Positions 36,298-48,800 of a stretch of 64,000 nucleotides of DNA are shown here, one piece after another (position 1 is the stretch's first letter; every line of letters begins with the position of its first letter). The translations under genes were made by a program, and so were the position numbers. Source of the stretch: Lepidodermella squamata (taxonomy: Eukaryota > Animalia > Gastrotricha); assembly GCA_047495785.1 (NCBI GenBank), contig JBLDXI010000007.1, forward strand, positions 2,728,001 to 2,792,000, in the 5' to 3' direction. The notes beneath the pieces were generated by a model that was given only the letters and a program-made list of their open reading frames with translations, did no database searches and was not told the DNA's origin.

Positions 36298-37397
36298 GAT
36301 ATATCAAGTGAGAATTTATCCCTATCAGGGCTTTACAAAGAAAATGTACGCTACGATTAAGAAGACGATGAGAAGGCTATTATCTCGTCATAACTGACGC
36401 GCGAGTGGCCCAGCGACTGGCGCCTGGACACTTAACGCGGCTATTTACAAAGCACTACTAGTTTAGTTGCACACAGGGCCGTGGCCGCTTATGTGTTTTG
36501 GCATGTCCAAGAGAGCCGCGCCGGCTTCTTTCCAGCCTGTCGCTTTGACAAAGCGACTATCAGGGTGGCCCATCGACAAAACTCTCCGGCGAAACGCTTA
36601 ACCGCAGTCAAGGCTCTGTGTCACCCTATAGTCTGTGTAAATTGCGATTACTGTCTTATTTGATTGTTTTGTAATACAGTGTTGGCATTAGCCGGGGGTG
36701 GGTTAAACATTCCTGTTGTTATGGATTAGAAAAAATCCTTAGTGAGCGGCGCGCGCCTTGATAGATGGGCGAGGGAGCGTGTCTTGTTTTTTCCTATCTT
36801 ATACTTAGACGCGCATCGGTAGCATGTGGGCAAATACGCAGTGCAGTCTGTTTTTTGCGTTACAGATAATGTTACGCAATTATGTTGCGCATTTTCGCGT
36901 GTCGTTATTGCAGCCGCTGTTCTTGTAAAGTGCTCTTCAACGCAAGAGGTTGGTTAACGTGAGGCAGGATGTAAATTTATATAGCCCACTAATAACGCCT
37001 CAATAAAAATATTCCGACGTCGCCGACGCCAACTTATGAGGGAACATCCGATATAGGACGGTTACGGCTTTTCAACTTGAAAATTAAATTACTGCTTTCA
37101 AGTGGCATACCTGTGAATAAAAGGCTTTGTGCATGTGTTTACTCTGTTATCCTGTCACCTTTTGCTGGTGGCTGGTGCGTAGTAGCACCAATGGCTGATA
37201 ACGTAAAAAACATTGCCGTTGCGTGATTGAGGCTCACAGCAAATAAATCCCTAGATCAATTCACGACAAGAGCGGATATTACAAAATACTTCGGCATCAC
37301 CCCATTCTCTATGCCGACAGTGGATCAGATTTTTTATTAAAGAAGAAGCTGAAAATCGTATATTTCTATGTTTAATACAAAATGAAAAATTAGGGAG

Positions 37398-40300
37398 ATG
37401 TACGTAGCCTTTTTCACTTTTTTCTTGGTAATGCAAGCTGATCTATCAGTTGGGAGCGAGTTGTATTTTAAAGCCAATCAGTGCCTGGCGTTTTGGGCTA
37501 TGGATGATGAGCATAAACTAAGAGATATCGCAACCAACAAAGATCCAGTGCTCTCGAATGGTGTACTTCGAACAGGACTGGTCGGGTATTTTGGCGGATT
37601 GTGCACTTCGTATATGTCATCCTCACGCAGTCTAAGTATCCTTGAGGCTAATTACGTTAACGCGATCGATACGTTCACGTTCTCGATGCTAGTGTTTATA
37701 TCTAAATCCGCGACTGGTGATGGTGGCCTTTTCGAACAGAAAACACGGAATGATGTTGCCAGCCCGTGTCGCCTTTGCGTTACTATAATTGCAGGGAATC
37801 CACCGAAACTGGAAATCCGAGTTGGCGATGATCAACCATTAAAATCGTATGACGTGATATCTGAGAAATGGATTCATGCGATTTTCACCTATGAGCCTAT
37901 TAACAAGATTGGCGTAAGACTCAGTTCCAAGGACTTTAACCTGACTGAAACTATAGACAGACCGTTGACGACCATTGCTAATGGGGAAACGCCATATCTC
38001 AAAGTCGGGCATGCAGTTGGCAAATCATTAAATTTGAACAATTCCATGTCCTGCTTTATGGCTTATACAGTTATCATAAGCAGTGCGGACCTTCCCCAAA
38101 TTCTGGATTCTTGTCGAAAATATCTTGCTAATGGATGCTCGACGTCAACTTCACCAAAAACAGTTGCATCAAGCCCCAAAATGACGACAACCGCTCAACA
38201 AACACCTACGCGCGCACCTGCAACTTCGACGGCTTCAGCTACCACGGCTTTGGCTAATCTCGACCCTATCATATTCTGGCCGATGGATGGTACGATTGGA
38301 AGACCACAACCTATGGGAATGAATGGTAGTGTTCAAACAGGATTTCTTGGTCCTTTTGGTGAGCAATGCACTTCTCTGACCCAAGAACCTGGTCGTTTGG
38401 AATATCTTCTGAAGTTTGAAGATGTTGACCTGAAAAAGGATTTCACTGTATCGATGCACATTTATATCTCCTCGGCAACTAATTTCAACAGAGGCATCTT
38501 CGAAATGAGGCCTCAAGGTCATTCTGAAAATTGCCGGCTATGTGCAACTGTCGCTGAATCCCTGATAATCAGAGCTCTCCCGCAAGATTTCTTGAAAGAA
38601 GTGCAAATCGAAAAAGATATCTGGCTCTTTGTTGCATTCTCCTACTCAAACTCCTGGTTGAAATTTTATTCGGTTAGAAGTGGTGGCCCCGTTGTTGAGA
38701 ATCTAAATGTCAGTCTTAATGTTAACACCGACAAAACCTTCATTATTTACGTCGGGCGAACACGATTTACTAAGACTACAAATGATGATGCCTTCATTAG
38801 CGAAAATGATGCCATTGCTTGTTTCACTGTGCATAATGGTTCCATCGACGCTTCAGGAATGGAACAACTTCAAGCTGATTGTAGAGCCTCGTTGAAACCT
38901 GGATGCGAGGTTACGACGACAACACCTTTGACGTCTCAGTCAACATCGGTATCCACAGCTAGCTCGAAAGAGCTCTCCACATCGGCACAAACATCTTTTT
39001 CAAGCGCCACCTCAACTGGGGCAGTTAATCTGGAGATTACCAAATCCAACATAGAAAATTACTCGTCGACCGCTATTGTCGCTGAGTCAGCTGAAACCTC
39101 AGCGATTACTCAGACTCCCGAATCTACAACAGATTGGAAGTCATCGTCCCCACAATCATCCATCAGCGGGAGCAATATTTCGCCAACATCGACTCTCCCT
39201 TTTCCTCAAAATCTTGACAACGCAGCTGATTTTACACCGAACTATCAGATCACGGCAGCTAATCTTGCTAGCGGTAACTTGACGGAAGCTGAAATCCGTA
39301 AGTAATTCTTTTGCGCTAAAACCACCCTTTTTACAGAGACTTCGAAGCAAACGGAATGTATCCATCTTTTGTTTGTAGATGCAGCCCTGATAAATGGACC
39401 ACCTACTGACCCTGAACTGCTGCTACCTTTCAGCAACGTAACCGCAAGTAACATGTCTGATGAGTGCAAAGATCTCGCCCCGATCAACCGCAGCCCGCCT
39501 CTATTTGATGGCAACCCTCTGAGCGTAAATCTCCGCTTCAGCATCGACCGCCTTCTGGACGTAGATAGCGTCGCACAGACCATAAGTGTCTCTGGCCAAA
39601 TCTACGCAATTTGGTCGATCAAATCGTGCCCTATCATTATTGGACTTCGATCTTTCGGCCAGGCGAAAGCTGAACGAGTTTTACTGCCGGATCATAAGGA
39701 AATCTGGAATCCGCCTCTCGAGCTAAGCAATGCCGTCAGTGACCCTCTGATGACCAGCAACTATTTCGATCGACTTGAGCTATTCCCGATTCAAGTGAAC
39801 CGCTCAAGCCCGAAACTCGCTATCTATTTCTACTGGAAGAAAATCGGAATTTTCTCTTCGTCCTGCTCCCTCAATCTCGCTGATTTCCCGGTCGATACTC
39901 AAAAATGTGAATTTCAATTTTCGTTCCTCGAGTCGACCAACATTGTTGGTATCGAAAATGCATCCATCTTTATAAGTTCCGACTATCTTGGGGCTTCGTC
40001 AGATAAAGCTGAGTGGATTATTGTTAGGAGTGGCTTGAAGTTTAGTACCATCCCACTTGGATCTGGCGAGTTAGGAAGTGCTGTATCGTTTGTTGTAACG
40101 GTTAGAAGGCGGCCTGAATTTTACTTTTTCAATCTTTTGGGGCCCTGTTTTGTGCTCTTCGTCCTGTCAGCTGCTACTTTCTCCATCCCGCCCCAGCATA
40201 GTGACCGGGCGTGTTTCAATGTTTATCTGGTATTGGCGCTATCAGTCACTCTGGTCCAGGTCAACCAATACCTACCGATAACGGCTCAGTCTGTGTTTTT

Positions 40301-40529
40301 GCTGAACTTCATCCAAGGACTGGCCGCAATTTGCATTTTTGCAACGGTCCACTCCCTAGTTATGCTGTGGCTGATGAGCGAAAAGGCACATCTGGCTAAC
40401 AAAGCCGTAGCACGGGGCCGATTCACCTTTGCGGCATGCGCCGACCTGTGCGGCTTCGCGTTGTTCCTCATTGCCTTTATCGCACTAACCGGCTATGCGG
40501 CTGATAAGATACGCAACAGCTATGCATAA
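37398..40529 (+). CDS. Cys-loop (pentameric) ligand-gated ion channel subunit with two N-terminal concanavalin/LamG-like domains and Ser/Thr-rich linkers, ~1030 aa; exons 37398-39297 and 39337-40529
   Basis: Signal peptide and two related ~210-aa beta domains (FWAMD...FTFSMLVFI...WIHAIFTY; FWPMD...FTVSMHIYI...WLFVAFSY). The 39-nt intron joins in frame to IDRLLDVD...IWNPPL, the Cys loop CSLNLADFPVDTQKC, RRRPEFY and four TM helices. Confidence 0.83.
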
Positions 40530-40682
40530 CAGGCGCCGGTGATCACCCACATAGCGTAATCCTCTTATCAAATAACGTGTAATACGTGTCGTGCCTTTCG
40601 CAACATATTGTTTACTCAGTCTGTGACTATATACGTTGTAGTCGCATCAAATACGAAATTTTTCCAGACCTGCCCACCTCGA

Positions 40683-41900
40683 ATGGCTGCTCTATCGTTT
40701 TCGGAATCGATCGATTTAGCCAGGAAGGCGGCGGCTGATGGTGACGTTTGGTCGGCGGGTCGTCTTGTAAACACCCTGGTAATGACGAACGCAGGATCGG
40801 CGCAACTTGACAGTGTTTTAAATGTTACACAAGAGCTGTTTACCAGCAACTTTAAAACAATCCGGTTCGACTTCACGCAAATTTTACTCGAAGCCTCTTG
40901 CCGCTTGATACCGGACACGGTTGAGGTACTTTTGTCTCACGGGGTCAGCCCTAATTACCACTTCGAACCTGGTCAAACAGTGCAGCGGCTGATGGCGTCA
41001 TCTTTCGGCCCGCCGCTAACAGCCACCTTAAGACAAGTAGGCCTACGCGCGCTCGGCGGTGAGCGGATCGGTCAAGAGTCATTCAAGCGTGTCGTTGAGT
41101 TGTTAGTCAAATACGGTGCGGATTTAACCAGCGATGGTACTTGTGATGAAAGTTCGAGCGTCCACTGCATGGCCTGGTCGTCGAAACTGCGCGCATCCAA
41201 GCGTGACCAGCCACCGCCTGGTTGCTTCATCTGGACACCGCAAATCCTGCCGTTGCATGAGCTCAGCAACGCGGCTATCAGCTGCCCGGATGTGGCGAAA
41301 TTTCTTATCGAATCAAGCCCGGCCGAGGCGCTGTTTGCTAATGACGATAAGGCGATTATCTACTCACCGCTGTGGTCTGCAATGCGTGACGCGTGTTCAA
41401 TAACCTCGGCGGAACCTCAACAGGTGTTGAAATTTGCGAGAATCGTTCTATTCTGCGTTCTACCACTACTAAGGGCTGGGTCAAAATTGGAACCTGACCC
41501 GTTTTTCGACCTGAAAACCGACGAAATCGAAGTTAATTTAATCAGAATGTGGTTTTTGTTACAATCGTCTCGTTTCGAAAGTATTTTATGGCGTCGAACA
41601 AACGCATTTTTGGAATTGTTAATCGAATTACGACGGAAGCAGGGATTAAATGTCGTGAATTTTTCTAAAAATTGTTACGGAAAAAATTGCGGAATTTCGG
41701 CCGAAATTTGTCAACAGTTTTCGACGGCTATTTCATCGGCTTACCCGAGGCGCCTTGAAAGCATGGCGCGGAATGCGATTTTAAGCCGACTCCCGCTCGG
41801 CCTTAAACAGCGCCGAAATGCCGTCGATAATCTCGATCTGCCGCTTTCGCTTAAAAATTATCTTAATTTTTCTGAATTCGATGTTAATATTGTATTGTGA
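40683..41900 (+). CDS. Ankyrin-like / SOCS-box protein (ASB-like E3 adaptor), single exon
   Basis: Degenerate ANK elements (VEVLLSHGVSPN, VELLVKYGAD) and a C-terminal SOCS box PRRLESMARNAILSRL...VDNLDLPLSLKNYLNF. Confidence 0.78.
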   Translation: MAALSFSESIDLARKAAADGDVWSAGRLVNTLVMTNAGSAQLDSVLNVTQELFTSNFKTIRFDFTQILLEASCRLIPDTVEVLLSHGVSPNYHFEPGQTVQRLMASSFGPPLTATLRQVGLRALGGERIGQESFKRVVELLVKYGADLTSDGTCDESSSVHCMAWSSKLRASKRDQPPPGCFIWTPQILPLHELSNAAISCPDVAKFLIESSPAEALFANDDKAIIYSPLWSAMRDACSITSAEPQQVLKFARIVLFCVLPLLRAGSKLEPDPFFDLKTDEIEVNLIRMWFLLQSSRFESILWRRTNAFLELLIELRRKQGLNVVNFSKNCYGKNCGISAEICQQFSTAISSAYPRRLESMARNAILSRLPLGLKQRRNAVDNLDLPLSLKNYLNFSEFDVNIVL

Positions 41901-42849
41901 CCCAATAAAAAAGACGGCTGTAATAATTATTATCAACGTTTTTATTGTCGTTTTTCGGTGTTTTTCAAATTTTCATTCCTTTCATCATAATTTTCTCAGG
42001 CGGTATCATTTATATTTTTTAAATGGTATGTAACATTTCTCTCATCGTCATTCAAAATCCCGTATACATATTTTAGCAAGAAATAAACATACAGAAGCAA
42101 TCAATTTTTCATACTTTTTTTTCATAATTATTTTTTGGTAGCAAAATACTGGTAAAAGAAGCGCCATGATTTTTCTTTTGTTCGTGCTGCGAATCATCAT
42201 AATATAATCGAAGAGAAGCATTTCGTTCCTCACCCAAAGCCGTTTAAAATACAAATTATTACTAAAGACGTGGTCCAATATTCAGAAATTCAGGCGACTC
42301 ACGGTAAATCTTTCGATGCTAATAATAATAAAATTAGGCAGTAATTAACTAAAATCGGTCGGTGAAAAATTGGAAGAGCAGGAGTGATTGTGTTTTCATA
42401 TATAGCCTTAAAAGATTCTTATTTCCAGAGTTCAGTTCAATAAAACGAGATTCCCCTGACTAGACTATAAAAATAAAACGGCGGCGTGATTTTTAAAGCC
42501 TATTAGGATCAACCCAACAACAAACAAAGCTAAAGGTAGGTATAATAAGAGCAGGGTGAATCAACACGAGGAAAATAATTTTTTTTTTCAAACCATCCAA
42601 ATAATTTTACATTAAGTAGATAATATGGGAAGAAAGACAATGACGAAGTGATGTTGTGGTGAAGATTTTTCCGCATCAATATTATCATTTTTCACATCGA
42701 GATATTAAAACACGGCTATACCGAGAGAGTAAAGGAAATGTGTTTCGTTTTTCCATCACACCTTTATAGAATCCACATAGATAAATGGCACCAGTTTCTT
42801 GTTGTTGTTGTTTTTTGTGGCTATTTTGTTGGTGTGTTTCATTTTTATT

Positions 42850-45800
42850 TTAAAGGCCGTCGTCGAACACGACGTTCTCGAAGCCGTTGTTGCGCACGCA
42901 CTTGCGCACGGTCTCGAGGGTGATGGCGAGGCGGCGGTCGAGCGCCTGCACGAAGTCGTCGGTGACGAGCGGAAAGACGGCGTCGCGGCGCGAGCTCTCG
43001 ACGAAAGCCGCGCTAAGGCGCTTAGGGCCGGCGTGCAAATTGAGCAGACGCTTCAGCGTCGAATAGCGCACAAGGCAGCACTGATAGACCGGGGCTAGTA
43101 TTGTCACATCGTCAAAGTCTGGTCGGCCAAAGCTGTTCAAGACACAAAAATATCAAAAATAATTAGAAATTTGTCTGGGAAAAATGATTTCCTAATTCTG
43201 TTAAATTGGGATAAAATATTAGGATTGAAAGCAGACAGAAGCCTTCAAAGTCTTCAGACAACATTACACCTAACAGGCTTCGATTAAAACAGGACATGAA
43301 ATAATGTTGAGGAAAATGTGTCGGAAAATTTCCAATTATGATTGAATTTCTGATTCAGAAACGGAATCCACATAATAAAAATGGAAATCGGATGCAATTA
43401 TTAGATTTCTCTTCCTGTGAGCTATTCAAAGGTACCCCACTCATGGGGCAATTTCAATTTTCTCGATATTCTCAAGTCTCAAGTCACCCCAATTATTTTA
43501 CGGGTTTTTTTTTAATAATTCTGGATGCAAAAAATTTTCCGATATAAATAATCAAAATTTATGCAAATAAATATCAACGATTAATAGGTTGAGGTTTCCC
43601 CAGAATGGAATTATGATTCAGGCCAATGATTCGAAAATTAAAAAATCGGAAAAAATATAAAATATTCCAAACTCAGGTAAATTTTCAAAATTAAATTGAA
43701 AAATTCACATTTTAATATTACTTATCAATCAATAATTGAATAATGGTGAAATTTGGATTATGGAAATTTCGCTCTCAACAAATTTCAATGACTAGAAAAC
43801 GTAATCAGTTGCAGTAAAAAATAAAAACCGAAGCAAATTGTCCCACAGTTGCGCAAAATCCACTACTGAATGCCTTGAACTAAAAAAATCCGAAAATATT
43901 TTATCGATTTCCTTCATTCAGTTTCAAGGTTGAAGGTTTCTGGCGTCAGATTCTCATTTTTGTTGCCATTTTCTTTCAATATTTTTCGGAAAGGCAAATT
44001 GTAAATCGAATCCCCTGGCTATTTTTATGCATATTTGATTGAATATAAAATGAAACTTACGCTCTGCCATTGTCGAACAAGACGGGGAAAGATTCATTGG
44101 CGAACACAACAAAGGTATCAAAATGGTGCCTGTCCTGGTTGCCCTGAAGAAAGTCGAATATCGACACGTCCATGATGTCGAGCAGGAAGCGCGATTCGCG
44201 GTAGACGGGCTCGATCTCCTCGCAGTAGAACGGGTCCGTCTCCCACGGCGCCTTGCGGTGCTTCGAGTAGCTGCGCCGCCACGGCGACCGGTTGTTGTGC
44301 CGGTGCACGTCCTCCTTGAATGGAATCAACGCCTGGAATGAGCCTTCGATGCGGTCCGGCTTGCCGCATATCGCATGCCCAGTATCGCAGTAGTAATCGC
44401 AATTGCCGTGGAAGCACTTATTGCCAGCTAAAAAAAAAAGCAGCGAAATTTTAAAATTAAATAAAAAATATATTTGCGAGTTCGAAAATTAATTCGAAAA
44501 TTAAAAATATTTCTGAACAATTATTAAAAAACTCGCATATTGGAAAATTCAAGTTTTAATTTGAGCTTTCAAATTCAAAATATTTTCAATGGAATTTCAA
44601 AAATTTAGAATTAAATTCTAAAATTTTCCAAAAAATCTCACAAATTCAAAACTTGACGTAAATTTAAAAATTTTAGTTAGGAAATTTACCCGAGGTCAAG
44701 GTTAAAAGATGGGTAATTTTAGAAAAAAATCTGGGATCATAAAAATTCTAAAATTCTTAGAAAGATAGAAAAAACGGATTTTTCGCGAATTTCAGAATTT
44801 TTCGAGCAAAAGCTGATTTTTAATTAAAAAAAAAACATATGGTTTCGCCCAAATTATCATTTCAAATATTTCATCAAAATGAAAAGTTCAGTTTGAAATT
44901 TCAAATTTCAAAAAATTCAAAATTGTCTGTAATTCTCATTTTTCTGGTCTCTCAAAAATAAAAAAATTGTATTCTTACCTGGTGAAACGAAAATTGTTCT
45001 CTTCAGTTTTTTATCAGCATGAGGTTCGATTTCTCGCGTGAGGTTGATGACACGGCCGACGGTTGGCGGCACTCGATGGAAGCCTAGCACCTTATCCAAG
45101 TGATAGGCCGCAATTTCAGCATTCGCGCGTTCAAAGTCCGAAAAGTAGAACTGATTCGGGTTCGATTTAGAGTGCTCCCGGTCGAACCGGCTCGGCTTGA
45201 ACAACGCCCGCCCACCGTTTTCAAATGTCACAAACAGCTTTAGCTGTGTACCAGTATCTGGCTCTTCGATTTCGACTATCTCTTGTTTATACATGTCTTG
45301 CTCAAGTTTAGCTATGGAAGGATCATTCGGGTCGTATAACCGATTTTTATGCTAAAAATTAATTTTTAATAAAATTTAAAAAATTTAAAAAATTCTTACA
45401 ATGTGATTTTGGAAGAATTGCCAACTTTCGGAAGCCCGGCCGTGAATATTAAGAAAATCAACCTTCGCCTTCTCCGCATTCGGGTAGGACAATTTCGTTG
45501 GCTGAAGGTGTAGATCTAGAAATCGATCATTCGCCAGTTTATTTTCCGGCTCAGCCCGCCGCGGTGTTGTCGTCGTTTTCTTCTCCCCACCGAACAGGCC
45601 GAACCGCCGCTGGTCAACCTGCGGAATAATTTTCTGGTCACCCACCGAATCGCTCATCGAGTTGAATAACGCGTTATCACTGCTGGAAGACGCGCCGGCT
45701 TTCAACGAACCAGCCGGTAGATAGACGTCATTTTCCACCTTGATTACTGCTGTAGTCGATGGTAGGACTTGCGTCAGTAACAGGGTGACAAAGGCGAAGC

Positions 45801-45855
45801 AGAGCAGCGCCCATACTATAGTCATGCCGAAAGAGCGTAATTTAACTCGCGGCAT
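42850..45855 (-). CDS. FAM20C: FAM20C-like kinase, paralogue B; exons ~45855-45400, 45352-44980, 44427-44061, 43132-42850
   Basis: Signal anchor, GTQLKL, ALFKP, FYFSDFERANAEIAAYHLD, CFHGNCDYYC, SPWRRSY, NQDRHHF, DNGR and CCLVRYSTL. Confidence 0.92.
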
Positions 45856-48800
45856 TTTTTTCGAAAAAAAATCCAAAAAAGTAGTTCAGGACGAGCTGGC
45901 TTTGAAGTAAAAACAGCGCTCGCCTTTCAATCGCTACAGCTATGTCATTGCTTGTTAAGTTAAATTCTATGAAAATTTAGCAGAAAAGTCATTTTTAGTA
46001 GAAGATAGATATATGTCAGGAATTTCTCGATAGTAGACATCGTAGTAGTAGTAGTCGGATCGTATCTACGTCACACGCTTTTAATTAACACGGAGAAGTG
46101 AGGCACGTCGTGTTTTTACGCTATACACTACCTATATAGTAACTTTTACGATAAGGTAGATTATAGTCAAAACAGTTGCGAAGAGAGGCAGTGAGAAAGA
46201 TAAAATAAATTGCTTGTTGTGAAAATACGCCTGTCACGTGCAATTTTTCAGTAAATGCAGAACTTTTTCTACTCAGATAAGGGCAAAAAGCTTATAAATA
46301 TACAGGAATTATAGCAAATCACTTTGCGGCAAGAAATGTAAAAATTCCTCCTTAATCCATCGAGTTCTTTTTCGTAAAAATTCTGGAATTTGAATGAAAA
46401 GCGCAATATCACATAGTGGTCTATCAATTTTTAAATTTTCTAATACAATTGCGTATAAATAAATCAACGTTTATATTACTGTAGCTTCAATTCATCGATT
46501 TTACGCACGCGCGTTGAAAAAATAATTATTATTATTCAGGGCCATCGCATCATACCTGTGAGCAACCAGCCAGTCGTTAATAAATAATTAGCAGCAACGA
46601 ATTCGGATTTTGTCTTGAAGCCATTAAAGAAGGAAAAAAAACTGCGCACTAAAAGCCAGCAGACTTTCTTATGTCACGGAAATTATTCAAATTGAAAGAT
46701 GATAACGAGGTCATTATAATGATGGTAAGGGTTTAATTAATTTTGCATTACACGGTGAAATAGTTACGTTAATTGACTAAAAGTTAATAATCAGCGAAAC
46801 GAACGAAACCGCATGGAAAATTTTCCATCTGAAACGCTTGGCTGATTTCAATCTCGTAGTATACAAAGCAAGCGCCTGTCGTCAGATGACAGCCGCGGTC
46901 ACAGATAAGAGACTGAGGTCACACGCGCCGAGGTGAAAACTTGCCTATAATGCACAGCAAGTTACATGGCTTCTAAAAATAAGCACTCATTTTGGCGGGG
47001 AAAAATAATTATTATTTTTGCTATACTTATAATATAATATAGGAAGTCCGCGAAAAATTAATCGCCATATATCCGTCCGTCTCTCCCTCAGCGAAAATCG
47101 ATCGCAAAACTAAAAAGAAGTTTTTTTATTCAATTTTCTAAACGCCCAGGTAAATAAGCCGCATTTCCGTTGAGGCTTTAATGAGTTTTAACGAGATTTC
47201 AGGCCGTAAATTAATGAAGCCTTTCTTCTAAAGTGGATAAACAAAGCAAAGTCGGGGGTAGATGAGAGAGAGGGAGAGGCGCACAACCTCAAGCGGCCAT
47301 CAAGCCAATCTGTAACGTCAAATTGTGAAGCGCCCCCATTATACGCTGCTCTATATCATAGTCGATGAAGATGTCTGGCTATTTTTCATCGCGGAAATGG
47401 GCCGGACGCGTGGCTGGTTGATGATGATGAGTGAAAGCGCGCGGAAATGCGGCGACTTTTCAACTTGACATTGATGGTGTATCGTTGATAAATAATAATG
47501 GAGCCGCTCACGTCTCCAGAGATCGCGCGCATATGGCCACGATATTTATATGGTGTATGTATCAATAATAATAGTAATGGGCGGTGAAACCACCAATTTT
47601 CCAATTCGAAACCAATTTTCTGCTCTACGAAAATGCGACGCTAAAAAATGAGAGAAAATTTAATAAAACTTATTGCCCGGAATGCAAGGTCACAAAAATA
47701 AACGGAATTTTCCGGCTGAGTGCTGCGGAAATTGCGCAGAAAAAAACACAAAATTTCTACGCCATCCTTTAGAAAAATATATAACAGATAGAATTATCTG
47801 CAAAAAATGAGAGAAAAAATAGAGCATCTAAAGATGTCCCAGAAAAATTACCCATGATTCGGCCCCAGCTTAATAAATTTTGTTAATTTAAAAAAAATTG
47901 AAATATTAGTGAAGAAAAATTAAGGCAGATAGCCAAGATGAATTAGGTCATATGTCAATAATCTAACGATGTAAATCCGTGTCAAGTGGTTACATCGGAG
48001 AAAAAAGGCAACAGACACGTTATTGCTCAACAAACAACGCAATTTTTCGTGTTGAAGAACATCACGACAGCTGTATCATCATAATCGCGCGGCAACAAAC
48101 ATACAAAATAAGTCTATCATTATTAAGGTAGAGAAGTGAAGATGGTATAATGTAGTACCCGGGCAGCAAAAGTTTCACCTGCGCTTTGGCAATGATGTCG
48201 TGTTGTCGTGGTATAAGAAACAAAGAAACCGCACGACGAGGTGAAAGCAGAGAAACTGAGATAGAAAGAGAAAATTTTCTACCACAAACATTGTGATACA
48301 CAGCCGGCATCAAAAGTGTGTGAGCCTGTAGGTATAGAAGCTGCTGTGCTGGGTCTAAAATACTGTAGTAGTAGTCGTATACAGAATCATAGTATTAGCA
48401 ACCCTACCACATGATGTTATTTGGATGAAAACGGCACGTGTAAGTGGTGTGTTTTCAGTTTTGCATGCAGTGCGTGCGACCTTGCATCCATCGACTCTCA
48501 TCCTTTGATGAGCCTAATACAGAACATCAGGGGTGAATAATAAAAGAGCTACGTCGTTGTTATTTTTGGCGTCTTTTGACACGCCGTATATTTACCTGTC
48601 GTAGAAAACGGTAAAAATGATTAATACACATTATTTTTGAAGAAAAAATACGTGACAATCATAATTGGAAGCAGCAAAAATACACTAGAAAAATATCGCC
48701 GCGTTCATAATTGATTTCTTCACATGGCCTGAAATAATAATCATCGACAACACCTGTCCAAGTGAGTTTGTCATCACCTTAACGACACCCGTAAAAAAAT

